NCBI GenBank assembly: GCA_963701075.1
Contig: OY969559.1
Coordinates: forward strand, 1,056,001-1,120,000
Reading direction: 5' to 3'
Length of the DNA stretch: 64,000 bases
DNA from: an uncultured Nitrososphaerota archaeon
Lineage (GTDB): Archaea > Thermoproteota > Nitrososphaeria > Nitrososphaerales > Nitrosopumilaceae
In this document: positions 41,257 to 51,419 of the stretch, in pieces
Numbering within the stretch: the first letter of the stretch is position 1
Layout of the letters: the number at the start of each line of letters is the position of its first letter
Translations under genes and position numbers: made by a program
The notes under the pieces: generated by a model
Told to the model about the DNA's origin: nothing
Seen by the model: only the letters and a program-made list of their open reading frames with translations
Databases searched by the model: none

Positions 41257-42483
41257 ATGGCACTAGACTGGGTCTCAAGAGATGGAAAACTAATACTGAG
41301 TGCAAGAGTTGTAAGAGCATTCTCGTACGGTTTTGTGAGCGTAATTTTAGCAATTTACCTCAATTTACTTGGATTCAATGAAGTCTTAATTGGAGTTGTT
41401 CTAACTGCCACGTTAGTAAATAGCATAATCTTCAACCTAATCTCAAGTGTATATGCTGATAAGATAGGGCGCAGGAAGTTTTTGATCCTTTATGCAGTTT
41501 TGATGGTTATTTCGGCAGCCGTCTTTTTCCTAACCGACAACTATGTTGCACTAATTATAGCCGCGCTTATTGGAACAATCAATGTAACAGGATCTGAGGT
41601 AGGTGCATTCTTATCACTTGAGCAAGCCATTTTGCCTAAAACAGTAAATGATGAAAAGAAGCGGACTTCTATTTTTTCTATCTATAACATGGTAGGAACA
41701 TTTGCCATGTCCGGTGGCGTACTCCTTTCAGGATTGCCGCACATTTTTTCACAACAATTTGGACTTGATCAAATTGATGCAATCAAAGTTCTCTTTCTTG
41801 CATATGCCGCATGTGCGTTAGGTGCTCTGGTAATCTATCTTGCATTATCGCACAAGATTGAGATCAAGTCAGTGAATCAAAAAGGCGATTCATCATCTTA
41901 TACCATTACGCCGAAATCTCGTAGCGTTATTAAGAAAATGTCCTCACTATTTGCGGTTGATTCCTTTGCAGGAGGGTTTGTGATACAAAGCATAGTTTCC
42001 TTTTGGTTCTATACAAAATTTGGTGCTGACTTGTCTACTCTGTCTTACATATTTACAATAGCAGGCATACTCACCGCAGTGTCATATTTGCTAGCAAGCA
42101 AGATAGCATCAAAGATTGGTCTTGTTAATACAATGGTCTATACACACATACCATCCAACATTCTTCTAATCTTAGTGGCGTTTGCACCAAGTTTTCCACT
42201 TGCTGTTGGGTTGTACTTTGCAAGAATGAGTATATCGCAGATGGATGTTCCAACACGCCAATCATATTTGATGGCTGTAGTAAACGAGAATGAACGTGTT
42301 GCAGCTGCCGGGATTACTAATACATCAAGAAACATTGCCCAGTCAGTGGGTCCATCTCTTGCTGGTGCAATAATGGGCTCTTTTTTATCCGCTCCTTTCA
42401 TTATTGGCGGCGTACTAAAGTTAGCATATGATGTAGGGCTATTTCTGAATTTTAGAAAAATCAAGCCGCCTGAAGAACTCTAG
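41257..42483 (+). CDS. MFS transporter
   Basis: ADKIGRRK motif A, about 12 TM helices, SQMDVPTRQSY. Confidence 0.85.
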   Translation: MALDWVSRDGKLILSARVVRAFSYGFVSVILAIYLNLLGFNEVLIGVVLTATLVNSIIFNLISSVYADKIGRRKFLILYAVLMVISAAVFFLTDNYVALIIAALIGTINVTGSEVGAFLSLEQAILPKTVNDEKKRTSIFSIYNMVGTFAMSGGVLLSGLPHIFSQQFGLDQIDAIKVLFLAYAACALGALVIYLALSHKIEIKSVNQKGDSSSYTITPKSRSVIKKMSSLFAVDSFAGGFVIQSIVSFWFYTKFGADLSTLSYIFTIAGILTAVSYLLASKIASKIGLVNTMVYTHIPSNILLILVAFAPSFPLAVGLYFARMSISQMDVPTRQSYLMAVVNENERVAAAGITNTSRNIAQSVGPSLAGAIMGSFLSAPFIIGGVLKLAYDVGLFLNFRKIKPPEEL

Positions 42484-43376
42484 ATACTTGATTTGCTGAT
42501 TTTCTCAAGGTATGCAAGAATTCCTGTGTAGTCTATATTGCCAAATCCATCCTTGACGGCATTTTGGTACAATTCATTTGCAAGTCTGGCAACAGGTAAA
42601 TCTACCCCGAATTCTTTGGCTGTGTAATTTATCTCATCTAGGTCTTTTTGCATTACGTTTAGAAAGAAACTTGGCTCAAAGACTCCTTTTACCATCTTTG
42701 GTCCTTTGAGAACACTCATTCCTGTCTTGAAATATGTGGAATTTAACACCTCTAAGAAAAGGAGGGGATCTAGACCTGACTTTTTTGCCAATATGATGCC
42801 TTCAGATATAGCTAATGCCAAAATTGAAATCTGCAAGTTCATGGCAAGTTTCATTGCATCAGCAGAACCGTTATCTCCCAGGTAGAATGTTCTTTCCCCT
42901 ATTGAATCAAAAACATCTTTGCATTTTTCATAAACTTCTTTTTTGCCTCCTATCATGATTACAAGCTGACCTTTTTCTGCAAGTGATGGTCCACCCATAA
43001 CGGGGCTGTCAATCATTGGAATTCCATGCTGGGAGTATTTTTCAGCTATTTTTCTTGATGAAATCGGACTAATTGTGCTCATGTCAGATACAATTAGTTT
43101 TTCATGCTTACCATGTATGATACCATCTTTTCCAAATGATATCGACTCGACAGCCTTTGCGTCCTTTACTATTGTAATTACGATATCAGATCTTTCTGCT
43201 ACTTGTTTTGGTGACTTTGCAACTTGAGCTCCCATGCTCTTAAGTGGCTCTGTCTTTTCTTCTGTTCTATTGTAAACCGTAACCTTGTGCCCTGTACTAA
43301 GAAGGCGTACTGCAACTGCTTTTCCAAGCAATCCTGTACCGATAATCCCAACATTCATCGTATCATTGTTTTTCAT
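42480..43376 (-). CDS. NAD(P)-dependent beta-hydroxyacid dehydrogenase (3-hydroxyisobutyrate/tartronate semialdehyde reductase family)
   Basis: GIIGTGLLG, YNRT, DSPVMGG and MKLAMN. Confidence 0.85.
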   Translation of the reverse strand: MKNNDTMNVGIIGTGLLGKAVAVRLLSTGHKVTVYNRTEEKTEPLKSMGAQVAKSPKQVAERSDIVITIVKDAKAVESISFGKDGIIHGKHEKLIVSDMSTISPISSRKIAEKYSQHGIPMIDSPVMGGPSLAEKGQLVIMIGGKKEVYEKCKDVFDSIGERTFYLGDNGSADAMKLAMNLQISILALAISEGIILAKKSGLDPLLFLEVLNSTYFKTGMSVLKGPKMVKGVFEPSFFLNVMQKDLDEINYTAKEFGVDLPVARLANELYQNAVKDGFGNIDYTGILAYLEKISKSSI

Positions 43377-43402
43377 GACAGTATTTTTTTCTATTGCATC
43401 AT

Positions 43403-43927
43403 TTAGGTAACAAGCGCTTTGAATCTATCGTCATTTCGAAGAATATCAAAATCTTTGTCACCGCTAGCTTTTATTCCGTATTCTGGATCAAGAACTACGA
43501 CACGCTCAAGCAACGCCAGAGCTTCTTCAGTGTTTTTCTGGAGTGATTTGCTGCAGGCCTTGTGGTATATGGCACTGGTATGTTCTGGCTCTTGTGATAG
43601 AATCTTATCATAGCAAGCTATGGCTTCATCATATCTTTGAAGATAATGTAGGGCAAGTCCTTTGTTTAAAAGACAAATTGCATGGTTTGGCTTTAGTTTC
43701 AAAGCTACATCGTAGGAAGAAATAGAATCATTGTACCTGCCCATCTTTCCCAATGCATTTCCTTTGTTGATTAAAGCATTCAGGTGTGCTGGGTTTACTG
43801 CCAAAACCTTATCAAAGTAAAATATGGCATCTCTAGGCTTACCACGCTTTGCATGTCCAAGACCTATATTGTAAAAATACTCGAGGTTTACCTCTTCGTC
43901 ATCTGAGAAAAAGTGTATTCCCTTCAC
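43403..43927 (-). CDS. TPR-repeat protein
   Basis: NKGNALGKMGRY, NKGLAL and YHKACS repeats. Confidence 0.8.
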   Translation of the reverse strand: MKGIHFFSDDEEVNLEYFYNIGLGHAKRGKPRDAIFYFDKVLAVNPAHLNALINKGNALGKMGRYNDSISSYDVALKLKPNHAICLLNKGLALHYLQRYDEAIACYDKILSQEPEHTSAIYHKACSKSLQKNTEEALALLERVVVLDPEYGIKASGDKDFDILRNDDRFKALVT

Positions 43928-44011
43928 TCTGGTACGTATGCCATTCTATTTGATAAACGCTATTGCATCTGATCAAATTGATAAAGTACCATGATGATAT
44001 ACAATAAAGGC

Positions 44012-44131
44012 ATGGAAAAACTAAGAGCATGTCCAATCTGTCCTAATTGTGGTTCAAGAAAATTTGACAAGATAAAATCCAAAGATACCCTAGTTAGATG
44101 CATAAAATGCGGAAAAGAAATGATAATTTGA
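44012..44131 (+). CDS. Zinc-ribbon microprotein (39 aa, not in the ORF track)
   Basis: MEKLRACPICPNCGSRKFDKIKSKDTLVRCIKCGKEMII, with CPNCG and CIKCG. Confidence 0.6.
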   Translation: MEKLRACPICPNCGSRKFDKIKSKDTLVRCIKCGKEMII

Positions 44132-44236
44132 TTATTTTAGATACTGCAACACTACCATTATTTTCAAGTTTATTGTTTGAATAAAAATAAAAAACTCGCG
44201 CTAATCAATTATACTGTATCTTTAGATTGAAGAAAA

Positions 44237-44434
44237 CTATTCTAATGAACCGGACTTGAGAAACTCATGACTCTCTTTTTCAAACATGTCTGACTTTTCC
44301 TTTACCTGTTTGATGGAAGAATATAGTCTAAACAACAATTCATCACTAGGCTGGGTAGTTTCTAAAAGTTTACGATCTATGCCATATTCTTCTATTACCT
44401 GCCACATATCATCAAGCGACAATTTTGAACTCAA
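44237..44434 (-). CDS. Small hypothetical protein
   Basis: 65 aa ORF with protein-like composition. Confidence 0.45.
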   Translation of the reverse strand: MSSKLSLDDMWQVIEEYGIDRKLLETTQPSDELLFRLYSSIKQVKEKSDMFEKESHEFLKSGSLE

Positions 44435-44668
44435 CTTACTCCCCGTTTGAATAAAAATTATTCCGGTATTTAAGAATTCTCAAGAGATGAGAAAACTACA
44501 AGATCTCAAATGACATGCACGTAAAACAAATCTTTTTCCAGATTTGGATAATAATATCTGGAAAGATCTTTCATATTTTTAATGTGCTGATAGCTTGCAG
44601 ATCTTATTTTAGATGCATTTCCAATCGGTTTTATATACATTGCAAATTTTTTGACACAAAAAAGAGAA

Positions 44669-45079
44669 TTAATTAAAAAATTTCATTTTGTTAACATTAG
44701 TTTCAGATATCAGATCCTTTACAACATTCACTATGTCATTGATATCAAATGGCTTGTGGATTATTGCAGAGGCACGTAGTTGTTCCAATCGTTCAGCCGT
44801 TGTGGTGGCAAGATCTGACGTGACCATTACAACTATTGCGGCGGGATTGATCTCCCGAATCTTTTCCAAAGCGTATATACCATCGCCATTAGGCATGACA
44901 ACATCCAAAAATGTAATATCTGGTTTAAGGGTGCGATACAACTCTACAGCTTCTTGACCGTTCTGTCCTTTCCCGGCAACTACGAAATTCTTTAATTGCA
45001 ATAGCTCGACAAAAAGGGTCAGAATGTCAGGGTTGTCATCTACTACTAGTGCCTTTATGCTCTGTTCCTTCTCTCCCAC
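44669..45079 (-). CDS. Stand-alone response regulator receiver (CheY-like)
   Basis: LVVDD, FLDVVMP.GDG, MVTS and KPF. Confidence 0.9.
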   Translation of the reverse strand: MGEKEQSIKALVVDDNPDILTLFVELLQLKNFVVAGKGQNGQEAVELYRTLKPDITFLDVVMPNGDGIYALEKIREINPAAIVVMVTSDLATTTAERLEQLRASAIIHKPFDINDIVNVVKDLISETNVNKMKFFN

Positions 45080-45126
45080 TAATATCGAAACAACGAATTT
45101 CCTATTTAAGGTATCTTTTGTACCGG

Positions 45127-45146
45127 ATTTCCCTTTAAAGGGAAAT
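45127..45146. promoter_or_regulatory. Perfect 20-bp palindrome ATTTCCCTTTAAAGGGAAAT
   Basis: Lies about 50 bp upstream of the receiver-domain gene. Confidence 0.4.
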
Positions 45147-45404
45147 TATATTGTTGGAGGGAGCGTATGGATAACAGGTCCAAATACAGTTTAAAAGAAA
45201 TTTGGTCTAATGAATGCAAAAAATCTATCTTCTGGTGTGAAAAGTCTTACGTGGTCATAATTCCGTGCTACCTTATCAGCTGCTATTTTGTTAACAGTAT
45301 GTAGTTATCCCACATTCCCATTCATGTTTTCTGACTGGAATCTATCGAGTTTACCATCAAAACGTATCGTACGTTTTTATTTCGAGTATTTTTAAAGGTT
45401 CAGC

Positions 45405-46403
45405 ATGGCCAAAACTTGGAAAGATTCTGATGTAAGTCTAGATCCGATAAAAAACGAGACCATCGCAGTACTTGGCTATGGAATTCAGGGTAATGCACAA
45501 GCAAACAACCTGAAGGATTCAGGTCTTAACGTTATAGTGGGAGTACAAGAATCTGGGGCAAGCTGGAAGAAAGCAAAAGAAGATGGCCACCAAGTAATGT
45601 CGGTCCAAAAGGCATGTGAAAAAGCCGATATCATTCATGTATTGATTCCAGATATGGTTCAAGCACAAGTTTACAAGGAACAGATAGCACCAAACTTGAA
45701 ATCTGGTAAAGCACTTTCATTTTCTCACGCTGCAGCAATACACTGGGGCTGGATTGTGCCACCAAAAGATATTGATGTAATAATGATAGCTCCAAAAGGT
45801 CCTGGTTCAAAGGTTCGCGAAACATACCAGCAGAACTTTGGGACTCCGTCAATTGTAGCAGTTCATCAGGATTATACCAAAAAAGCTTGGGATAGAACGC
45901 TTGCCATTGCAAAGGGAATAGGTAGTACAAGAGCTGGAGTAATTCAAACAACCTTTAAAGAAGAAGTTGAAACGGATTGGTTTGGCGAGCAGGTGGATCT
46001 ATGTGGCGGTTCTGCATCGATGGTAATGAATGCATTTGAGACTCTAGTTGAAGCAGGATATCAACCAGAGATAGCTTACTTTGAGGTGCTTCATGAACTC
46101 AAATTAATTGTAGATATGATTCAACGATATGGAATAGCTGGAATGTATAGGCGGGTAAGCGAGACTGCAAGATATGGTGGCTTGACCAGAGGTCCTATGG
46201 TGATGGACAAAGAGGTTAAAGAGAAGATGAAAAAGGCATTAAAGATGATACAGGATGGCACGTTTAACCAAGAATGGACAAGTGATTACAGAAAGAATGG
46301 TAAAAACGCGTTTGATAGATACATGAAAGAGATCGAGGCACATAAGGTAGAACAAGTGGGCAAGAAAATGCGACAGATGATGTGGCCCGATTCTACAGAA
46401 TAA
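45405..46403 (+). CDS. ilvC: Ketol-acid reductoisomerase
   Basis: GYGIQG.AQA.NL.DSG, APKGPG, ETDWFGEQ and SETARYG. Confidence 0.95.
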   Translation: MAKTWKDSDVSLDPIKNETIAVLGYGIQGNAQANNLKDSGLNVIVGVQESGASWKKAKEDGHQVMSVQKACEKADIIHVLIPDMVQAQVYKEQIAPNLKSGKALSFSHAAAIHWGWIVPPKDIDVIMIAPKGPGSKVRETYQQNFGTPSIVAVHQDYTKKAWDRTLAIAKGIGSTRAGVIQTTFKEEVETDWFGEQVDLCGGSASMVMNAFETLVEAGYQPEIAYFEVLHELKLIVDMIQRYGIAGMYRRVSETARYGGLTRGPMVMDKEVKEKMKKALKMIQDGTFNQEWTSDYRKNGKNAFDRYMKEIEAHKVEQVGKKMRQMMWPDSTE

Positions 46404-46406
46404 TCT

Positions 46407-46829
46407 TTAACTTTTCTTAGTTTTTGCCAGATTGGACTGGATAAAATCAATTATGGTTGGAAGTGGCGTACCTGGTCCAAAATTTCCCAACACTCCTGCT
46501 TTTTCAAGCTCTTGCTTGTCATCATGTGGAATAACTCCGCCACCTATTACGAGCACATCGCTGATTCCCTTTTCTTTGAGAGCTTTTACAACTCTTGGAA
46601 ACAGAGTCAAGTGTGCACCATTTAGTAGACTCAATGCTATGACATTGACATCTTCATCTTCTGCAATTTGTGCAATCCTGTCAGGTGTTGCAAACAAGCC
46701 AGAGTAAATGACCTCCATTCCTGCATCTCTAAATGCTCTACACAATACGAGGGCGCCCCTATCGTGGCCGTCTAGCCCTAACTTTGACACCAGTATTCTG
46801 ATTCGTTTTGTCTGGGCTTTTTGCGACAT
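46407..46829 (-). CDS. Methylmalonyl-CoA mutase, cobalamin-binding small subunit
   Basis: KLGLDGHDRG and GGGVIP. Confidence 0.92.
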   Translation of the reverse strand: MSQKAQTKRIRILVSKLGLDGHDRGALVLCRAFRDAGMEVIYSGLFATPDRIAQIAEDEDVNVIALSLLNGAHLTLFPRVVKALKEKGISDVLVIGGGVIPHDDKQELEKAGVLGNFGPGTPLPTIIDFIQSNLAKTKKS

Positions 46830-46937
46830 GATCTTGAAAGTATAAACTGGGTTTTAAAACCTTTATTGGAAAATTCTGAAGACTTGTGTTTATTTGATAT
46901 TACTGCAACAAGATTTTATTGTACGCGTGGTACGTGA

Positions 46938-47861
46938 TTGTTCTATATGGATTTAGTAAAGGATCTCAAGCAAGGTAATCGAAGAGCCATCGCAAGAGCT
47001 ATATCTATAGTTGAAAATGACGAAAAAGAAGCAAGAGATCTGGTCAAAAAAATCTTCAAGAGTTCTGGACACTCCCTCACTATTGGTATAACTGGTCCTG
47101 CAGGGGCAGGGAAGAGTACTCTGATCAATAAAACAAGTATTGAGCTCAACAAACTTGGTTACAAGACGGCTGTTCTTGCAATAGATCCTACAAGCCACAT
47201 AACAGGAGGTGCGATTCTTGGGGACCGAGTTCGCATGACCGAATCAACAGACTCTGGTACTTATATCCGTAGCATGGCATCAAGGGGTGCAACAGGTGCA
47301 GTCTCGCTTGCGTTAAGAAATAGCATAAGGGTACTGGAATTCGCAGGATTTAATCCAATAATTATAGAAAGTGTTGGAGCAGGACAGACTGAAGTTGACA
47401 TATCACGAGTAGTTGATATGACAATAGTGGTCTTTAACCCAAACACTGGTGATAATATTCAAACAATAAAAGCCGGTCTAACTGAGATCGGTGATATCTA
47501 TTTAATTAACAAGAGCGACCTACCTGGAGCAAATCAACTCTTCGACTCTGTAAGGGATTTCATAGGCGTGTCAGAAAAAAATCCGACCGTTATGATGACC
47601 TCAGCCAAATCAAACAAGGGAATGGTAGAATTTGCAAAGAAACTACAGGAATTGATGGAATCGCAAAAAAAATCCAAGAAACAAAAGGAGGAATCACGGC
47701 TTGATGCGGAACTGAGGGATATTATTTTAAATAATGTCAAAAACAAAGTGAGCAACATGCTTGATTCAAGTAATGCTTACACTAAATATCTCAAAAAGGT
47801 ACAAAAAAAGGACATGGATCCATTCGAAGCTGCAGATAAGATGTCTAAACTATTAAAGTGA
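46938..47861 (+). CDS. meaB: Methylmalonyl-CoA mutase-associated GTPase
   Basis: ITGPAGAGKST, IDPTS..TGGAILGDRVRM and ESVGAGQTE. Confidence 0.92.
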   Translation: MFYMDLVKDLKQGNRRAIARAISIVENDEKEARDLVKKIFKSSGHSLTIGITGPAGAGKSTLINKTSIELNKLGYKTAVLAIDPTSHITGGAILGDRVRMTESTDSGTYIRSMASRGATGAVSLALRNSIRVLEFAGFNPIIIESVGAGQTEVDISRVVDMTIVVFNPNTGDNIQTIKAGLTEIGDIYLINKSDLPGANQLFDSVRDFIGVSEKNPTVMMTSAKSNKGMVEFAKKLQELMESQKKSKKQKEESRLDAELRDIILNNVKNKVSNMLDSSNAYTKYLKKVQKKDMDPFEAADKMSKLLK

Positions 47862-47874
47862 GAGAATAAAAAAT

Positions 47875-49467
47875 ATGAAAACTAAACCAATTCCAAAGAA
47901 AAAGATAAAAACTGATTCTAACATACCTGTCAAAAGCTTCTACGATTCCACGGTCAAACCAAAGAGCAAAAACGAAGAGCCAGGAAAACATCCATTCACT
48001 AGGGCGATTCATCCTGGAATGTACCGGGACAGACTTTGGACAATGAGGCAGTATACTGGTTTTGGTACAGCTGCACAGACAAATCAGAGATTCAAGTATC
48101 TGCTTGAAAGAGGACAAACTGGTCTGAGTATGGCGTTTGATTTGCCCACTCAGATAGGATATGACGCAGACGATTCCCATGCGGAGGGCGAGGTGGGAAA
48201 GGTAGGGGTTTCAATCACATCGCTCAAAGACATGATGACTTGCTTTGATGGTATTCCCCTTGACAAAGTAAGTACATCTATGACAATTAATGCGACAGCT
48301 TCGACGCTACTTTCATTGTATATTGCTACAGGGGAGTCACAAGGAGTAAAAAGTGAACAATTACGAGGCACTACACAAAATGACATTCTCAAAGAATACA
48401 TTGCAAGAAACACCTACATCTATCCTCCAAGACCGTCTATGAGATTGATAGGTGACATGATTGAATACTGTTCCAAAAAGGTACCGCAGTGGTATCCTGT
48501 ATCAATATCTGGATATCACATGAGGGAGGCAGGATGCAATGCTGTACAAGAAGTTGCGTTTACTCTTGCAAATGCCATAGAGTATATCGAAACATGTGTT
48601 GACCGAGGACTCAAGATTGACGACTTTGCTCCAAGGCTGTCGTTCTTCTTTTGTTGCACCAGTGAATTCTTGGAAGAAGTTGCCAAGTTCAGAGCTGCAA
48701 GAAGAATCTATGCAAAGATAATCAAAGATAGATTCCATGCCAAAGACAAAAAATCAATGCAGCTTAAATTCCACGTTCAGACAAGTGGAGAATCACTAAC
48801 CGCACAACAGCCCGATAACAACATTGTCCGAGTAGCAGTGCAATCAATGGCTGCAGTATTGGGAGGCTGTCAGTCACTTCACACAAACTCAAAAGACGAG
48901 GCATTAGCATTGCCAACTGAAGCGGCAGTAAAGATTGCCTTGAGAACACAGCAGATTGTGGGGCACGAAAGCGGAATTACAAAAACAGTTGACCCGCTTG
49001 CCGGTTCATATTATGTAGAATACCTGACTGATAAAATAGAGGAAGAGGCAAACAAATATCTCAAAAGAATTGACAGGATGGGCGGATCACTTGCTGGGAT
49101 TGAGAAAGGCTTTTTCCAGTCTGAGATACGACAAAATGCATACAGGCTAAAGAAGGAGATTGATAGCAACGAGAGAGTAATTGTTGGAGTCAACAAGTTT
49201 ACGGATTCTGTTGAAGAAAAACAAGAGATCATGAAGATTGATGACAGCATTCAGGTTAAACAGATGCAGAATTTAAAAGAACTACGCAGTACGCGTGATA
49301 ATAAAAAGGCTGAAGATGCGCTATCGAAGATGAAGAGCGCTGCAGAAAAAGAAGAAAATCTAATGCCTTTCATCTTGGAATCAGTGCGAAGCTATGTCAC
49401 TCTTGGAGAGATAAGCAATACATTCAGAGAAGTTTTCGGCATCTACCAACCAAAGGAGTCGTTCTAA
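47875..49467 (+). CDS. Methylmalonyl-CoA mutase, large (substrate-binding) subunit
   Basis: WTMRQYTGF, GLSMAFDLPTQ, GTTQNDILKEY, SGYHMREAG and SLHTNS.DEA. Confidence 0.95.
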   Translation: MKTKPIPKKKIKTDSNIPVKSFYDSTVKPKSKNEEPGKHPFTRAIHPGMYRDRLWTMRQYTGFGTAAQTNQRFKYLLERGQTGLSMAFDLPTQIGYDADDSHAEGEVGKVGVSITSLKDMMTCFDGIPLDKVSTSMTINATASTLLSLYIATGESQGVKSEQLRGTTQNDILKEYIARNTYIYPPRPSMRLIGDMIEYCSKKVPQWYPVSISGYHMREAGCNAVQEVAFTLANAIEYIETCVDRGLKIDDFAPRLSFFFCCTSEFLEEVAKFRAARRIYAKIIKDRFHAKDKKSMQLKFHVQTSGESLTAQQPDNNIVRVAVQSMAAVLGGCQSLHTNSKDEALALPTEAAVKIALRTQQIVGHESGITKTVDPLAGSYYVEYLTDKIEEEANKYLKRIDRMGGSLAGIEKGFFQSEIRQNAYRLKKEIDSNERVIVGVNKFTDSVEEKQEIMKIDDSIQVKQMQNLKELRSTRDNKKAEDALSKMKSAAEKEENLMPFILESVRSYVTLGEISNTFREVFGIYQPKESF

Positions 49468-49468
49468 A

Positions 49469-49867
49469 ATGAGAATAGACCATGTTGCAATAGCTGTTAA
49501 CAACTTGGATGTAGCAGTAAAGGAATATCAAAACGTACTTGGAGTAAAAGAAGTAGAGTTTGAGACAGTAGAGACTGAAGGAGTGAGAGTTGCAATACTT
49601 CATCTAAACAATTCAAGAATTGAACTCATGGAACCAACAAAGGAGACAAGTCCAATCAAAAAATTCCTTGATACAAGAGGAGAAGGCTTGCACCATATTG
49701 CTCTTGAAACCGAAGGCATAGAAGGAGAAGTCGACAGAATGAAAGGTTCTGGAGTAAGATTTCTTGGAGAAATAAGGCCTGGCTCTGGAGGCACAAAGAT
49801 TACCTTTATTCATCCAAAGTCACTTCATGGCGTATTGACAGAGCTCTGCTCACACCCAAAAAAGTAA
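49469..49867 (+). CDS. mce: Methylmalonyl-CoA epimerase
   Basis: IDHVAIAV, IELMEP, GEGLHHIA and FIHPK...GVLTEL. Confidence 0.92.
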   Translation: MRIDHVAIAVNNLDVAVKEYQNVLGVKEVEFETVETEGVRVAILHLNNSRIELMEPTKETSPIKKFLDTRGEGLHHIALETEGIEGEVDRMKGSGVRFLGEIRPGSGGTKITFIHPKSLHGVLTELCSHPKK

Positions 49868-49983
49868 ATTAACATACTGCCATCAGCGTGATAGCGGATG
49901 GGATATCTTCTAATCTTAGATATTGATTTCCAATTATGATATTTTATAATTTACTTTTTATACGCAAGTTATACATGTAGAAT

Positions 49984-50412
49984 ATGATAAAACACATCAT
50001 GGTACCATATGATACATCAGAATCTTCTATCCGTGCATTTGAGTTTGCAGTTGATCTTGCAAAAAAATACAATTCAAGCATTAGTATTTTTTCATGTGTT
50101 CATCTACAGGTTCCAACCGATCCATACTTTGGGACAGCGTATGCAGAAACAACAAAACTATTGGAAAAAGACGCTATCAACTCAATATCAAAGTTAGAAC
50201 CAAGATTGAAAGAATCCAAGATACCGTTCAAGACTGAGGTATTGGAAGCAATTTCCATTACTGATGCCATAATATCATATGCGGAATCTCACCAAGTAGA
50301 TCTTATTGTGATGGGCTCGCGTGGACTGGGTGGATTTAAGAAACTATTGCTTGGGAGTGTCGCAAGTGGTGTCTCTCAACACTCAAAATGCCCAGTTTTA
50401 ATTATCAAGTAA
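49984..50412 (+). CDS. Universal stress protein (USP1)
   Basis: IMVPYD.S and VMGSRGLGGFKKLLLGSVA..V...CPVLIIK. Confidence 0.92.
   Translation: MIKHIMVPYDTSESSIRAFEFAVDLAKKYNSSISIFSCVHLQVPTDPYFGTAYAETTKLLEKDAINSISKLEPRLKESKIPFKTEVLEAISITDAIISYAESHQVDLIVMGSRGLGGFKKLLLGSVASGVSQHSKCPVLIIK
50308..50369 (+). repeat. 62-bp exact direct repeat, copy 1 (copy 2 at 51315-51376)
   Basis: gtgatgggctcgcgtggactgggtggatttaagaaactattgcttgggagtgtcgcaagtgg is identical in USP1 and USP3. Confidence 0.9.
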
Positions 50413-50453
50413 TACTGTTGAATCGTTGAGCGAGATAGATTACGGAAAACAAT

Positions 50454-50889
50454 CTATTTGACTATGAGAACTGGGATCTCCAAGTTGTTAAGAACCCCAT
50501 TAGTAACGCTGCCTAAATACTTGGTATCCGATGAGCTCTGACCTCTAGATCCCATTATTACTATATCAAACCTCTTTGATTTTGCAAAACCAACTATCGT
50601 TTTGACAATGCCAGGCGAGGTAATGATCTTTCCGTCAAATTCTATACCGTTCTTTGTTACACTTGATCTCAGCTTGAAGCATGATTTTTTCTGCACTTTT
50701 TATCAATTCTGTTCTGTATTTTTTTAACAGTGTAGGCGCTTTGGAAAACCCAGAGCTTGATATTACATAAAGTCCGGTTACTGTTCCGCTACTTTGCTTT
50801 GCAAGCGAAATTGCTACGTTTAAACCTCTTATTGAATTTGGGGAACCGTCCAACGGAACAAGAATTTTTTTTAGGGTATTTTGCGACAT
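50454..50889 (-). CDS. Universal stress protein (USP2); one apparent +1 indel at 50670
   Basis: ILVPLDGS N-half and MGSRG..LGSV C-half are in different frames; removing the base at 50670 joins them as LQARSSVTKNG. Confidence 0.8.
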
Positions 50890-50990
50890 GTTTGTAAATC
50901 TACATCGTATACTTAAAAACCAGATATATCAAGTTATCAAAAATGAAATTCTAAGGTCTCTTTAAATGGGCTGATTGATAATCTTTCTTT

Positions 50991-51419
50991 ATGTTTGAGC
51001 ACATCATGGTGCCATATGACAAGTCAGAACCTGCCAGTAGAGCACTTGAATATGCAATGGATCTTGCCAAGAAATACAGTTCAAAAATAAGTATTATAAC
51101 ATATGTGTCCCTGAACGTCGGTTATTCTGCAGATGGTGGTAGTTCATACGTGGAGATGGTAAAATTGCAAAAGAAATCAGCAGAATACACTCTCTCAAAA
51201 TTAGAACCAAAGTTACAAAAACTCAAAATTCCTTACTGCATTAAAGCAATTGAAGGAACATCCATCATTGAAACTTTAATTTCCTATGCAGAAATGCATC
51301 ACGTAAATCTTATAGTGATGGGCTCGCGTGGACTGGGTGGATTTAAGAAACTATTGCTTGGGAGTGTCGCAAGTGGAGTCTTACAGCATTCGGAGTGTCC
51401 TGTGTGGATAGTAAAATAG
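50991..51419 (+). CDS. Universal stress protein (USP3)
   Basis: IMVPYD.S and VMGSRGLGGFKKLLLGSVA. Confidence 0.92.
   Translation: MFEHIMVPYDKSEPASRALEYAMDLAKKYSSKISIITYVSLNVGYSADGGSSYVEMVKLQKKSAEYTLSKLEPKLQKLKIPYCIKAIEGTSIIETLISYAEMHHVNLIVMGSRGLGGFKKLLLGSVASGVLQHSECPVWIVK
51315..51376 (+). repeat. 62-bp exact direct repeat, copy 2
   Basis: Identical to 50308-50369. Confidence 0.9.
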
